Assembly: GCA_021613535.1 (NCBI GenBank)
Contig: CP075493.1
Coordinates: forward strand, 8,308,001 to 8,372,000
Length of the DNA stretch: 64,000 nt
From: Adineta vaga
Taxonomy: Eukaryota > Animalia > Rotifera
Direction: 5' to 3'
In this document: piece after piece, positions 13,754 through 28,286 of the stretch
How the letters are laid out: each line of letters opens with the position of its first letter
How positions within the stretch are numbered: the first letter of the stretch is position 1
Position numbers and translations under genes: made by a program
The notes under the pieces: generated by a model
What the model was told of the DNA's origin: nothing
Seen by the model: the letters and a program-made list of their open reading frames with translations, nothing else
Database searches by the model: none

Positions 13754-16700
13754 ATGAAAACAAGAATGATCAAAACGTCTTCTCATCTTCTCCAATTCTT
13801 GTTTCTTTGGGAATTGATTAGTTTAACTAAAGGTATTTCTTGACAAATAGAAAAAAAAGTTCAATTTAAAATAATAATCTAAGGGCGTTATCGTAGACTG
13901 AAGTAATTTAGTCACGATGAATTTTTGTTTTGATTGAATGAAGAAGTAGAGTAAAACAAGGTCAGAGGGAGGAGCAATCAAATTAGACTAATGTTATTTT
14001 AATAGACATTTCTTTCAGGTTTGCTTTTTCTTTATTGTTGTTTCTATGACTATAAAGTGACTATTTAAAAATCAATTAATCAGTCTGATCGATTTCTTTC
14101 TTTGCTTTATAGCTTATTGGATTCGAGATCTATCATATTGTCCAAGAAAACGTGATGTAACTCGACAACGACAATGTTTTAAATCATGTTTTGATGATAG
14201 CGATTGTCGAAGTCGATATCGTTCCTGTGTATGTGATTATGATTGTGGTATGTCATGTGTAAAAAGAGGTACTGTTTTTGAATATTATCTTTGTTGTTAT
14301 GTCATTGATATGAATTCATATGGAATTTGTAGGTATTAGCTGTCCATTTCTATCACCTCCTGATCATGGAAAGATCGTTTATTCGAATGAAAATAAATTT
14401 GGTTCACGTGCAACATATGAATGTGATGCAGGTTTTGTTCTCGAAGGTGCAAAACATCGACATTGTCAAGGTGATATGTGGTGGGGACCAAGTGATTCTG
14501 TTCCATATTGTACAAAAGAAGGTATGAAGTAATTGAATTTGTCAAGATGATCATCTCTCGTGATTATTTAATTGTATATTGAGATAAGGATACAAACATT
14601 AACTTAGGTGTTCTATTTCTATTATATACATATATATTAGTCTAGACTTGTTATAATGTTCAATGAATTGAAGATAATTATGATAAAGTTAAAAATGTCA
14701 TAGAATCGAATTGATTTTTGCTCTTGTATTTTATATTAGTCTTTTGTAATCGACCACCTGATATCGTTAATGCTATTAATGATATTCCAAGTAGTATAAC
14801 AACATTTCATGTTGGCTATTCAATTCAATACACATGTTTAACTGGTTATGTCGGGTAACGAAAGAAAGAAATGATTCGAAGAGTTTCATAATGTCTATTA
14901 TTCTTTCATAGAAATGGTGCAACAACATCCGAATGTACGTTTCTAGGTCAATGGACATTTGCCACATTAAAATGTACTCGTAAGTAATAAATAGTTTGTT
15001 ATTCATTGGGAAATGAAATTTCTTATTAAATAGCCATTGATTGTGGTTCACCGGGTGTATTACGTGATGGATTTTTAAGTGGAGAAAGATTTGATTATCC
15101 AAATATTATTGCATTTTTTTGTAATGATGGATTTGAACTTATTGGTGATTATACCACAAGAGCTTGTCAAGAAAATGGTCTATGGTCAGGAACAATGCCT
15201 GTTTGTCGAAGTAAGAAAAATAATATAATTGAAAGTTTCTTTTTTTGAATAGTTTATAATTCGAAAAAGGAAACTATTGAATTCGAGATTTTTATTTTGT
15301 AGGAAAAACATGTGGTTCACCGCCATTAGTTTCTCATGGTGAAATTATTCAACCTGATCGAACAACAAATGAAACTGTTCAATATATTTGTGAAGATGGC
15401 TATCATTTACAAGGATCATCAATTTTAAAATGTTTTGCAGGTCAATGGCAACCTAAATCACCTATCTGTAAACGTAAGTTTTCCTATCTTTCAAACGATT
15501 TCATGATCGTAATATTTAGAGATCACATGCACTGATCCGCAATTAAACTTTAATGGACTTATTGAATACTTATCAAATAAGAATTCATCACAATATGCAA
15601 TTGATTCAATAGTTAAATTTCATTGTCCAAGAAATTTAACATTGAGAGGATCACGTGTCTCAAAATGTCATATCAATGGAAGTTGGATACCGAAAATTCC
15701 TAGCTGTGCAGGTTAGTTTGAAGTATCTATTTACTTTAACAAGACTTCTTTTATTTCTATGAATAGAACCGATTACTTGTTCAATTCCATCTTTACCTCC
15801 AACTGCTCGTTATATCAATCTTGATCCATCGATTGAGCACATAGAAGATGGAAGTCGATTAGAATATCTTTGTAGTAACTTTCGACGACGTCATCGAATT
15901 GTTTGTCGTCAAGGAGAGATTTTTCCAAAAATACCAAAATGTTTCATTGGTAAATACTATTTAAATCAAAGTACTTTACGCCTATTTTTCATATTTAGGT
16001 TGTCGAGTTCAAAATGATCAATTCATATTTTCAAAAAAATTCTATCATCATCGAGAAATAGTTGAATATATTTGCAATAATAATACTATTCCCCTCTTCA
16101 CCAATGAAACAATACGTTGTCTCAATGGTACACTTTCTAGACAGCCAATCTGTCGTAAAACTTCATTAATGTGTACTGTTCCACACACACTCTTTCTACG
16201 TAACATTGCAACAACAACAATACCATCAGGAACATTATTTCAAGTTGGATCATCTTTTTCATATACATGTATTCAAGATTATCAACCAACTAATGAATCG
16301 GGAATCGTCAAATGTCTTAATGATGGAACATTATCTCATCATGCACGTTGTGTACCCAATTCATGTAAAGAACATCCACCAGCAATCACCAATGGTCGAA
16401 CAATATTTTATTCCACTGTACATACTTCAATTGCAAGATATAGATGTTTTCCAGGTTATAGACTTGAAAATAGTAGTTTATCAAAATTAACATGTCACTA
16501 TGGTCTTTGGTTACCAAAGGAACCACCTAAATGTTTACCAAGTAATGATTACAGTTTTATTTTTGAACAAAACAGAATTTTCCAGTAACTTTTTACACTC
16601 CCATATTAAACATACATAGTTCAATTAGAATCTATTTTCATTCAATATTTCAAAAGTTGAATTTCATATTTCTACTGTAAATTATGTTTAGTCTTTTGTC

Positions 16701-17083
16701 CTAATCCTGGCCCATTGGAACATGGTACAATCTATGTAGTACTGAATGATGAGCGTATCTCGCCAGTACCTATTCGAAGTGAATTTCGTTCGTATATACC
16801 TACTGTTAATCATGGTCGAACAATTGAATTTGAATGCGACTTAGGTAAGATGAGTTATCTGTTATTATTTTGAATAAGTATTTACATCATTTCATACATA
16901 CAGGATATGGTCTTCAAGGTCCATCTGGTTTAACATGTAGCCATGGTCGATGGATGCCAGCTGAAAGACCACGTTGTATTCTCGGTGACCTTTCATTCAA
17001 GTTATTGTTCGAAATTTGATCTTCTTCTTTTATTTTTATTTTTAGAGAGTCATATCCAACCAAATATAGTATTTACTGGATAA
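13754..17083 (+). CDS. lev-9: Secreted WAP + about 10 CCP/Sushi domain protein, LEV-9 / Hasp-like
   Basis: A signal-peptide exon, a WAP-like CPRK...CFKSCFDDSDCRSRYRSCVCDYDCGMSC, then tandem Sushi repeats (CPFLSPPDHG...YECDAGFVLEG...C...W...PYC; CGSPG...FFCNDGFELIG...WSGTMPVC and others). No TM segment; ends NIVFTG*. Confidence 0.8.
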
Positions 17084-17858
17084 GAAATATCATAGATGAA
17101 GCTTGTCTTCATGTAAATCGCTCAGCGGCTTCTCTTTTCGATTTTAGTCATGAATGATGTTTTTTGTTCTTAATACGTTCTTTGTCAAATTATTTTATAA
17201 ATAATATGAATATTGCTCATATGTCTAACAATTAACAAATAAAACCATATCAACAAGAAAGTATATAAGTTAATCTATGAATAAATAACTTTGAAAAACA
17301 ATCGTATTCTATTACAACAAAAGCATATGATGTAATCATCATTTTATCTCGAAGAAAAATATTGAAAATAACAAAAGATGTTTATTCTAATGTGTAACAT
17401 AGCGTATATACAAACAATCGAACATTATATATAAAGAAACTTTTTTCCATGTGACATACTATATAAACGACGAAGGTAGTTATACATATTTAGATGACAT
17501 CGAAAAGAATCATAGAATAATTCTTTGGCTTGATATATTTTTTGTTTTATTCAATTGTTCGTCGACCTGGAGTTTGATGACACTATGACGATACGTTTGT
17601 TCTCGATATAAAGAAAGATATGCACGGCTAGTGAATGTCCACTGCGTGATTGCTTTGTGACAAATTGAACCCTTAGGATACGACGAAGTAGAGCAGAGAA
17701 AAAAAGAAAGAGAACGAACCTTTGTTATTATTATTCTCCTAGCTTTTCCGTCCACATCTTCAGTTCACTTCGATATACATATATATAATCGTAGACAAGC
17801 CAGAAGAAATATACATTCAACTACACTCAGTCAACTTTTTTCTTCTAAACGACATACT

Positions 17859-19245
17859 ATGCTATCTTCAATGAATCCAATGTTCACTAATACAGGTGCG
17901 ATGGACAAAAGCGTCCTTCGTCGGTATTTAGATCTTCCACAACCAAATGATAAAGTTATGGCAACTTACATTTGGATTGATGGTACCGGAGAAAATCTTC
18001 GTGGTAAATAATAAATTCAAAATAGTAATATTTTGTTTAATTATTGAAGATGAATAGGTAAAACACGAACAATTGATCATGAACCAAAATCACCACAAGA
18101 TTTGCCATGGTGGAATTTTGACGGTTCATCAACTGGTCAAGCTGAAGGTTCAAATTCAGATATTTATCTTAAACCAGTCGCTATTTTCAATGATCCATTT
18201 ATGCTTGGAAAAAATAAATTAATTATGTGTGAAACATATAAATATAATAAAGAACCAACTGGTGAGTAACTATTGAAAAATGATGCATTAAAATCGTATG
18301 ATTAATATGAATCTATTTCTAGCATCAAATAAACGACTTGAATGTGAAGAAGCAATGAAAACTGCAGCTACTCAACATCCATGGTTTGGAATGGAACAAG
18401 AGTATACACTTTTAGATCGTGATGGTTGGCCATTTGGTTGGCCAAAAGGTGGCTTTCCACATCCACAAGGTCCATATTATTGTGGTGTTGGTGCATCACA
18501 AGCACTTGGTCGAGATATTGAAGAAGCACATTATAAAGCATGTCTATATGCTGGAATTAATATTAGTGGAACCAATGCAGAAGTTATGCCTGCACAATGG
18601 GAATATCAAGTTGGACCATGTGAAGGCATTGATGCTGGTGATCAACTTTGGATGTCACGATATTTATTATTACGTATTGCTGAAGAATTTGGTGTTCAAG
18701 TTAGTTTTAATCCAAAACCTATTCCAGGTGATTGGAATGGTGCTGGATGTCATACTAACTTTTCTACCAAAGCAATGCGAGAAGCAAATGGTATTGAGTA
18801 AGTTCTTTTTTGAAATTTCTCGATAGTTTCTTATTCGATATGAATGTGTTTTTTTTCTCGTAGAGCTATTGATACAGCGATTAGTCAACTTAAAGCTCGT
18901 CATAAAACACATATAAGCGTCTATGGTCGAGATAATGAACGACGATTAACTGGTCGACATGAAACAGCTAATGTAAGTTGAAATTATGAGTATATCACAT
19001 CGAATTGATTGAAATATTTTTAGATCAATCAATTCAATGCTGGTATTGCTAATCGTGGTGCATCTATACGAATTCCTCGTCAAGTTGGTGAAGATAAATG
19101 TGGTTATTTAGAAGATCGTCGACCAGCGTCAAATTGTGATCCATATGCTGTCACTAATATCATTGTTCGCACTGTATGTCTTGGCGAAAAAGATATTGAT
19201 GAACTTCGATGTACAACAAGAAAAGCTATTACCGATAAAGAATAA
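17859..19245 (+). CDS. GLUL: Glutamine synthetase (type II), 5 exons
   Basis: [125 protein letters not shown]. Confidence 0.98.
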
Positions 19246-22062
19246 TACATTTTTAAAATTGAAATTAAGCATATCTCTTTCTTTTCTTGTACTGATTTAT
19301 GTGTGTGCGGGTGTATATAGCTGATAAGTGTAGCATGCTGTAGTGTACTCAGTTTTACTTGTCACTATCTTTATCCTTAGACAATAATCTTTTTTTTTTC
19401 ATTTATAATCAAATAAAATTCGTTATTATAACCATAGTATTCTCTATTATTTGAAATTTTATGTGTCGCCACTGCGATTTAGAAATAACACATTGTTAGT
19501 ATGATTGTAAAACCTTGTTTTATCAAAAATAATATGACAAGATTCTTCAGATTATGAAAGAACCATGTAATGTCTGTAAAGTTTCGGTAAATCATCGAAG
19601 AAAGTAATCATTATTCCTAATTAAAAAGTAAAAACATATGTCCTTGTACGATTATTTAATGCATTACTAAAAACAGTTATTTTACTTCTTCATCTTCTTA
19701 TCTTACCGAATGGTCAAGGACACTACTTATTCAATCTATATGCTTCACGTAACCATTTTTGTCATTATCATTTCATATTAGTCAACTGTAAAAAATCTGC
19801 GAGTTAATTTATTAGAGTTATAAATGAATATATCACAAAGGATCATTGATCAATATCAGATTTCATAGAATGTGATCAAGGCAACTAACTATTCCTCATC
19901 TGCATACAGTGATTAATTGAAACAGTATTAACTATTCGAATGATTTTCTCAGCGAAAAACGAACTGCGCGAAATATTGAGTAGCGAAAATACATTTTGCG
20001 CTCATTTGTTTTTTTCTCATCTATTGATACAATCATTTTTGTTTTTCATATATGTCTAGCGATCAAGGATTCTCTCAAAAACTCTGAAATCATCAATTCA
20101 TATTTTAACTACTATCAGGATATCAATCTTCTTTTACTTCTTTTTCCTTCTTCTCCTCATCATATATAATTTAAGAATCTCTTCTCCTTGAAGAACTACT
20201 CAAAAAAAAATGATTTCTGCTTCATTTAAAATCTTCTCATCAAAGAAATGCACGACGCATTTATATACATATTCTATCGATTTCCATTTTGTCCTTGTGA
20301 TATATATCTTGACAAACTTGACGTTTTTTTCTTCTTTGTTAAGAGATGTTTCAGTTATTCTATTAAAAATTTTAGTACTATTTCAACTATTCGTAGCAAT
20401 ATTTCATTTTCTACGGTAGTGAACATCTTCATATCCGTAAAAATAAAAACAAATTGTTTTATTACATTCATAGAAAACTAACGATTTTCATATATTATTA
20501 ATACGAAAGGCAAGAAAAAAAGATGATGATGCTATTATTTATCCATTACTAATAGATACTTTCAAGTTCGAATATCGATGATGAAAAAAAAAACAAATTT
20601 AATTAAAACCCAATTTGTTTCGGTATCTGTAGAACATCTTAAGAATCTAGAAGTCATCAACAGTTAATTATGATGTAAGATGTTTTCCTTTTCTATATCA
20701 ATTTCCTTCATATAATACAATCGATTATCAATGCAACTAGTCTTTCTAATTAAACAAATTGATTAAAACGAGGGTTTACGTAGATAAAATAATACATGCT
20801 TACTTATATTCATATTGAACAAAATATCTTTCGCCGATTTCTTTTTTATCTTATACATTTATCATTGCCTTACAAACACACACACACGCACACATACACA
20901 CTCATACATAAGACATTTGTTCAAATTAGATATCACAATATTGAAGAGTAAAAGGGCGCTCTATGTTCATCATTATTAATCGTTTACGCTTGTACGTATA
21001 AAATTGTTTATGACCGTAAAATGAACATGGTCATCATTCACTCATCGAATGTTTGATAGTGTATGTGTTCTGTCTACACAAGAGAGTAATTATGATAGAA
21101 GGCTTTTTTCTTTCTCTCGCTCTCTCGCTCTTTCGAACATAAATTATTTTTTTGTATGTTTCTTAACAGAATCAAAAAAGAAGTGAGTAGAATATGGTTG
21201 ATGACATTTGGTTTCTTTTTTCTTTTTATTAGACAGATTTATCGACATGATTGAGAATATCAAGTTTCATTTATCGAACAATTTCAAACATTTGATGAAG
21301 TTAATTCTTCATGTCAGCCGGAAGTTAATACAATATGGCAGAGCGTGTCTAGACGGAAAGAACTATGAAGATGCTCTAACTTTTTTTTTCAGAGATGATC
21401 ATTAGTATTATAAGACATACTTCATATGCCTAATGTTGTTAGTAACAAGAGACAAACAGCCATTTTGTTTAATGCCGTTAGCAAGGAAAAAAAAGAAAGC
21501 CTATAAAAATGGTAACACGTCGTCTTTGGGGAAAGAGACAGAGAAAGAGAGAGAGAGAGAGCGAGAGCGAGAAAGAAGAGATGCGGTACGTGCTTATGGA
21601 TGAATGAAAGAGACAGTGAGAGGAAAATGTAGTATTAGATCAGAGAATAAATGAAAGAAAGAAATATCTAGCTCTATCATACATAACAGCTTGATGAGTA
21701 GTTGGTTATTTATTGATATTATAGTAATAACAACAGTAACTTCATGCTGTTCATCCATCTTATTTCATATCAATGTTAGTTATTCATACAAATTATGATC
21801 TGTTCTTTTTCTATTCTCGTTTTTTTTCTCATTTATGCATTGATTAGACGATGTGTTGATTGAAGTTACTACCGACTGATCTATGTTTATTTACCAATGG
21901 GCATATATATGATGATCCTTTTTCTTTTATATATACAGTTTGTAGAGATAAAATTATTGCATAGCTCAATGAGACGAGAAAACGTGACCTCGACAAAGAG
22001 AATACTTAACCGATGATGATCATAACTATTTTCCTTTTTTAGATCTTCTTCTTTTCTTCATT

Positions 22063-23361
22063 ATGGGAAATTCGTTACCCCAACTCACAGTACATCGATC
22101 ATTACGAACACCGAAAACCAAATCACCCTATCCAGCATTAAAAAAATCACGTAGTTTACGAGAGTATACTCGTAAAACGTCGTCAATTAGCAATTGTCTC
22201 AATAGTAATAATAATAATCGACGAAATATTTCATTGTCAAAACCACAATCATTACCACCGACAGATGCTGAAGTATTTGATATTCATGCATTACGTTGTC
22301 AAATATCCACAACGAATGAAGATGAAGGTGAAAAGCAATTATTAAAACAGCTTGACTATATTCATTCATGTGTACGAAAAGATAAAGGTTTATTTGGTAA
22401 GAAAATTTAATTATCGAAAAATGAAAACGAAAATCTATAGAATTAATTATTTGAATAGGTAAAATGACAGAAAATTTACAAAATAAGCATATTTTTTCGA
22501 ATGATGAACCAGAAAATACTCATATATTAGATCAAACACCAGATGAATATCATATGGATTATCAATCGATCTATTTACAAACATTTGATGGCGAATTTAT
22601 TCATGCATATTGGATATATCAGTCAGGAGATATCAATAATACAACAACACTTTTATATTTTCATGGTGCAGGTGGAAATATTTCACATCGACTTGAAGTT
22701 CTTCAACTTTTCTATGAAAATCTTCAATGTAATATTTTAGTTATTGATTATCGAGGTATATATGTATAAATCATATTGCTGATTAATTCATCGGTTTGAA
22801 TTCATAGGATTTGGAAAAAGTACGGGTACTCCATCAGAACTTGGTTTGTATATCGATGCTCAAACTGCGTATGATTATTTAATCTATAAACAAAAAATCT
22901 TGCCCGAAAATATTCTTGTACTCGGTACAAGTCTTGGAGCATCTGTTGCTATTCAACTTGTTAGTGATCCATTAAATCGTGTAAAAGTTGCGATATTTGA
23001 AAATGCTTTCATCTCTGTACCTGAAGTGGCAAAATATTTCTTAACATATGCAAAAAGTGTTCTTGGTGTAACAAAATCCATTGGCTTTATTTATTTATTT
23101 GATTCATTAGCAAAAGTACGACGGATAGAATGTCCATGTATTTATTTAACCGGCCTACTCGATCCTTTGATTCCAACATGGATGTCAAATAGTTTATATA
23201 ATGAAACAAATTTAGCAATTAAACGACAATTGTACGAATATCCATTTGGTAAACATAATGATTTGCCAGTGATGAGAGATTATTTTGAGAATATACAATC
23301 GTTTATTAATGAATTATCATTATTGAAATCGGAAACTGAACAAGTGGTGCTAAAACAATAA
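22063..23361 (+). CDS. ABHD13: Alpha/beta hydrolase, ABHD13-like, with an N-terminal extension; 3 exons
   Basis: TLLYFHGAGGNISHR, NILVIDYRGFGKSTGTPSELGLYIDAQTAYDYL, nucleophile GTSLG, IFENAFIS, GLLDPLIP (Asp) and GKHND (His). Confidence 0.85.
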
Positions 23362-24186
23362 GATTCTCTATTTCATCTTATTATCTTTTGATATGAACAT
23401 AAATTTAATGTTTATAATTCATTGAAAATTTTGTAAAAATATGGATAAATAAATAATTGTGTGTGCATGTGTGGATTATTTGATAGAAAAACGAGTATAT
23501 ACATAGATGAATATGTTTTGATACAGATATTTGTTATTTGATACGAGTCATAGAGCATCAAGGTTAGAATCTTTTTCAACAAAATTATTATCAATAGTAA
23601 TATAAATAACTAAAGACCTTTTCTGATGGGATAAGAAAAGGACATTGTGAAATATCGCATCATCAAAGACGACGACGACGACGACGACAACGATAAAATA
23701 TGACCATGTAAGCAATGTATAGGAATGTATCGGATTACTTTCATGAACAGCTGTAAGATGAGCATTCTGATTATTGGAATGTTTTGTAAACGAATATAAT
23801 CTTTGGTAATTAACTCTAACACGTTCCCAGTTGAATTGGATGATAAAGATTAGAATCACATACAATTGATGTAGACATGTCAAAAGAATCAATTACGCAA
23901 GACGTGATTTTGTGTTATCATTGTAAAAGAGCAAGGTTCAAATAAGTATCTTCCATGAAGTCTAATCATTATTGATTCTAATTGTAATTCATTTTAGACT
24001 TTCATAAAGTTTTCAATGATGAAATCGAACGAATCGCAACGAAAAGCTTTACATCATAGTAATCACTTTGTATGGTATGTCATCATATTTCATCATTCTT
24101 TCACATTCTAGACTATATAAATATATTTTGAGTCAAAACATCCGTTTCTAAAAATTATATTCTTTATATTTCGTTTTTGAGGTAAT

Positions 24187-26624
24187 ATGACTGCAAAAAT
24201 AAATTTTGATCGTTCTGAAATGGAAAATTTATTGAAACGAAGATTTTTCTATGATCAATCGTTTTCTATTTATGGTGGTATCAATGGTCTCTATGATTAC
24301 GGTCCAGTTGGTTGTGCAATAAAATCAAATCTTATCGCTTACTGGCGACGCCATTTTATTCTTGAAGACCAAATGCTTGAAATTGATTGTACAATGTTAA
24401 CACCCGAAATTGTACTTAAGTAAATTACTAATTGTACATATTAAAAAATATATTTGTCTTTGTTTTGTAGAGTTTCAGGTCATGTGGATCGTTTTACAGA
24501 TTTCATGATAAAAGATATAAAAACCGGTGAATGTTTTCGAGCAGATCATTTGATTGAAGGTAAGATTTTGATAGTTTGTATTTTTGTGATAATTCATTCT
24601 CGTTTTATCATGTAAAAAAAAAGGTCATCTGGAAAAATTATTACAAACGAAAGAGATTAGTGATGAACAGAAAACTACAATTGAACGACTATTACCATTG
24701 GTAGAGTGAAATTCAAAAGAAATATCTTGAATAATCGATCGATTGTTTTCATTTAGATTGATAGTATGAATGAAGTCGAAATGCAACAACTTATTCAACA
24801 ATATAAAATCAAATCACCTAATACGAATAATGAACTTTCCAAACCAATTGCTTTTAATTTAATGTTTTCAACTTCCATTGGTCCAACAAGTCAAACCAAG
24901 GGGTTTGTCTAATCTTAAATTTGAACGTTTTTGATGGAATTTGTAAAACGTTATATGAATTTAGTTATCTTCGACCAGAAACTGCTCAAGGCATGTTTGT
25001 AAATTTTAAACGATTATTACAATTTAATCAAGGTCAATTACCATTTGCGGCTGTACAAATTGGTACTTCATTTCGTAATGAAATCTCACCAAGATCTGGT
25101 CTACTTCGAGTTCGGTATGTCAAATTTACGATGAGAAAAGAAAAAGAATTCATCTGACTGTTTCTTAATCTATTTCTAGTGAATTTACAATGGCAGAAAT
25201 CGAACATTTTGTTGATCCAATTGATAAATCGCATCCGAAATTTGCTACGGTTGCTGATTTAGAAATGTCATTGTATTCTGCTGATCATCAATTGAATGGT
25301 GAATCGGCAGAATTAATTCGTTTAGAAGATGCTGTTCGTTCAAAGTTAATTGATAATGAAACACTTGGTTACTTTCTTGGTCGAATTTATTTATTTTTAA
25401 TTCGAATTGGTATTGATAAGAATCGTATTCGATTTCGTCAACATAAAACAAATGAAATGGCTCATTATGCATGTGATTGTTGGGATGCTGAATGTCAATC
25501 AAGTTACGGTTGGATTGAATGTGTTGGTTGTGCTGATCGTTCATGTTTTGATTTAACTCAACATACGAAATTTAGTGGCCATCGATTAGTTGCTGAAAGA
25601 TTACTATCCACATCAAAACGAATTCAAGTTCATCATCGAAAAATCAATGTTGCACTTATTGGTCAAGTCTTTCGTAAAGACGCATCGATAATTCTCAAAG
25701 AATTAGAAAAAATATCGGAAAATGAAGCTCGTACTTTAAATGAAAAACTTGAACAGAGGTATGACCAACATCTATTTCGAAATAATTATGATTCTATTTC
25801 AACGTTTTAGTGATGTAAAATATGATATTAATGGTAAAGAATTTCTCATTACACGACCGATGTTTATGATTCAAACAGTAGAGAAAACTGTTCAAGGTAA
25901 ACACATAGTTGCTTTGTTTTGATTGTGCAAATTACTCATGTTAACTTTTGTTTTGCTAGTGGAAGAATTTACTCCATCTGTGATTGAACCAACATTTGGT
26001 TTTGGTCGTATTATGTACGTTATGTTAGAACATAACTTTCATATTCGTCGTGAAGATAGTCAACGAAAAGTAGGAATATTCTGTACACTAAGTTTTTTGT
26101 CTAAATTATTTTTACTTCTAGTATTTCATCTTGCCATCATCCATTGCTCCATACAAATGTGCAATTTTACCATTAAGTTCTCATCTAGCACTACTTCCAT
26201 TCATTAAACAAATCTGTATAGTTTATTTTGACTCTTTCCTTTTCATTATTGATATTTTTTAGCTGAGCTTTTAACTCAAGCTGGTCTTGCTCACAAAATT
26301 GATTCAAGTAACGCAGCTATTGGTAGACGGTATGCTCGTTGTGATGAACTAGCTATTCCATCTGCTATTGCAATTGATTTTGATACTCTACAAGAACCAC
26401 ATTCCGTAGCATTACGTGAACTACGATCTTTAAAACAAATTCGTGTGAAAGTCAGTATATATCTTCCTTCGAAAACCACTTCTTCTTCTGACTAAATATT
26501 GTTTTAGATTGATGAATTAGTATTGGTTATTCAAGATCTTGTGACAGAAACAGTTACTTGGAATGAACTATTTTCATCATATCCTTCATTCACAGAACAA
26601 CAGAGAAAACGTCTGGACGATTGA
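24187..26624 (+). CDS. GARS1: Glycyl-tRNA synthetase (alpha2 eukaryotic type), without a WHEP domain; 10 exons
   Basis: [16 protein letters not shown]...[30 protein letters not shown], motif 2 [50 protein letters not shown], motif 3 [10 protein letters not shown] and anticodon-domain [10 protein letters not shown]. All introns splice in frame. Confidence 0.96.
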
Positions 26625-27170
26625 AAATCATTTAAATTTCGTTTTTTTGTTTGAGTCAAAATAAAATTTGCATAAATGTAAAGAAGCATCTGGTTAGAAT
26701 GAATAATCTCGTAATGAATCAATTGATGCACAAAGACCAGCTGACGCGTGGAAAAGAAAAATAGAAGAACTATAATAACAAACAGAACAAAGTATTTCCA
26801 CTAGGAGGAAGAAAAGACAGAATTACACTTTGTTGATTGTTGAAAGATGTTATTATAAATGGATGAAGTAGGTAGTTGATGTTTAAGTAGGAAGAATGTC
26901 ATGATAAAGAATTCTCTACGTATCATTAATTCAATATTTTCGAAAATTTTCCGTAGAAATTAGTATACTATCGCAAATTAAAGCTTTTGTCACGACATTA
27001 GTCCATCATCTTCAATCTTCCGACAATTTCATAATGAAAATGGTGTGAATATTCATGATATATAAGACGTATCAATATTCATGAGACATGTATTTCAGCA
27101 TTCTTTTCTTCTACTTCTACATATAACACCAGATTAGATATAATTTTTTATTCCACTATCTTAGAAAACG

Positions 27171-28286
27171 ATGTCGAAAAGAAATGAAAAAAGTCGTGCA
27201 AAATTCTCACAAAAATCTACACACTCAGAGCAATCAATTTTTCATCGATCGGAATCAAGTTGTGATCGTCGAAATGCTCTGTCAAATACTTCATCCGTAT
27301 CGACCAGTACAAAAACATTCTATCAAACACAATATTATCAACAATTAACTGAGCGTGTTCGAGAACTTGAAAAGGAACTTCTACCTGATCTTTGTCGTTC
27401 GAAAGTACCATCATTTTGTTCATCTCATTCTGCACTAACACCATGTTCGAGTCTTGGTTCAAATGGACTTTCAAATTATTCTCGACCACATCATTTTCCA
27501 ATTAGTTTAGTATCACCAAGTACATTTGTACCTGCAGAACGATTTGGTTTATCACCAAAGATTTTGGAACGTGCCAATGAAATTCCTGAACGGTTTGAGA
27601 AAAACAAACTATTTTAATTTCTTAATATGAATGTTGTATTTAGATTTTGGATCGATTGGCAAGAAAAACAAATGCAACAACGTATCAATGAACTTGAATC
27701 AATGAAAAGTAATTCAATAGATTTCAATGAAACTGATTTAGCAACAATGAATCGTCGAAAAAGTCTTCTCTTACTTCATAATACACAACCTCGCATCAGT
27801 CTTCCTCAGTCAAGAAGTTTCAATACGACAATGTCATCAAGTACTGACAATGAAACATCATCATCACCAAGTATAACTGATGATCAAAGTTTATTCAATT
27901 TTCGTAGAAGATCATTAGACAAACTTGATACAAATACTTCATCATCCATCAAAGCAATAACTCCTGATTTATTTGGACAAAAGTGCCAATCAACACTCGA
28001 TCGTTCTCAATTAACGATATGTCTTCCATTTTCTCATAATACCTATCATCCAACTTTCACCGAACAACTACCTGAAGAAACAACTAGTATGAAAGAAAAT
28101 CCTAATTCAACCACATCATCTGGTAGTACTGTCGAAGATGTAGCAAATATAGATACTGAACTTAATCTCACCTTACTTTCATATGAAAATTCTAATCGAA
28201 CAAGTCCTTTGTTATATTCAAAAGCAACTATCAATCAAACCGTTGAATTTCGATCTATATCAAAGAAAACAAATTCATTCGAATAA
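27171..28286 (+). CDS. Ser/Thr-rich, largely disordered protein of unknown function with short coiled-coil segments; 2 exons (intron about 27593-27643)
   Basis: Two long ORFs (148 and 219 aa) join in frame through a GT-AG intron (..EIPE R FWIDWQEKQMQQRINELE..). No family recognised, and the gene ends are uncertain. Confidence 0.6.

Noticed and set aside
26859-27120. Possible additional 5' exons (and a 3' extension at 28287-28740) of the Ser-rich orphan gene
   Set aside because: Every frame I tried contains stops, so I cannot distinguish a decayed coding region from UTR.
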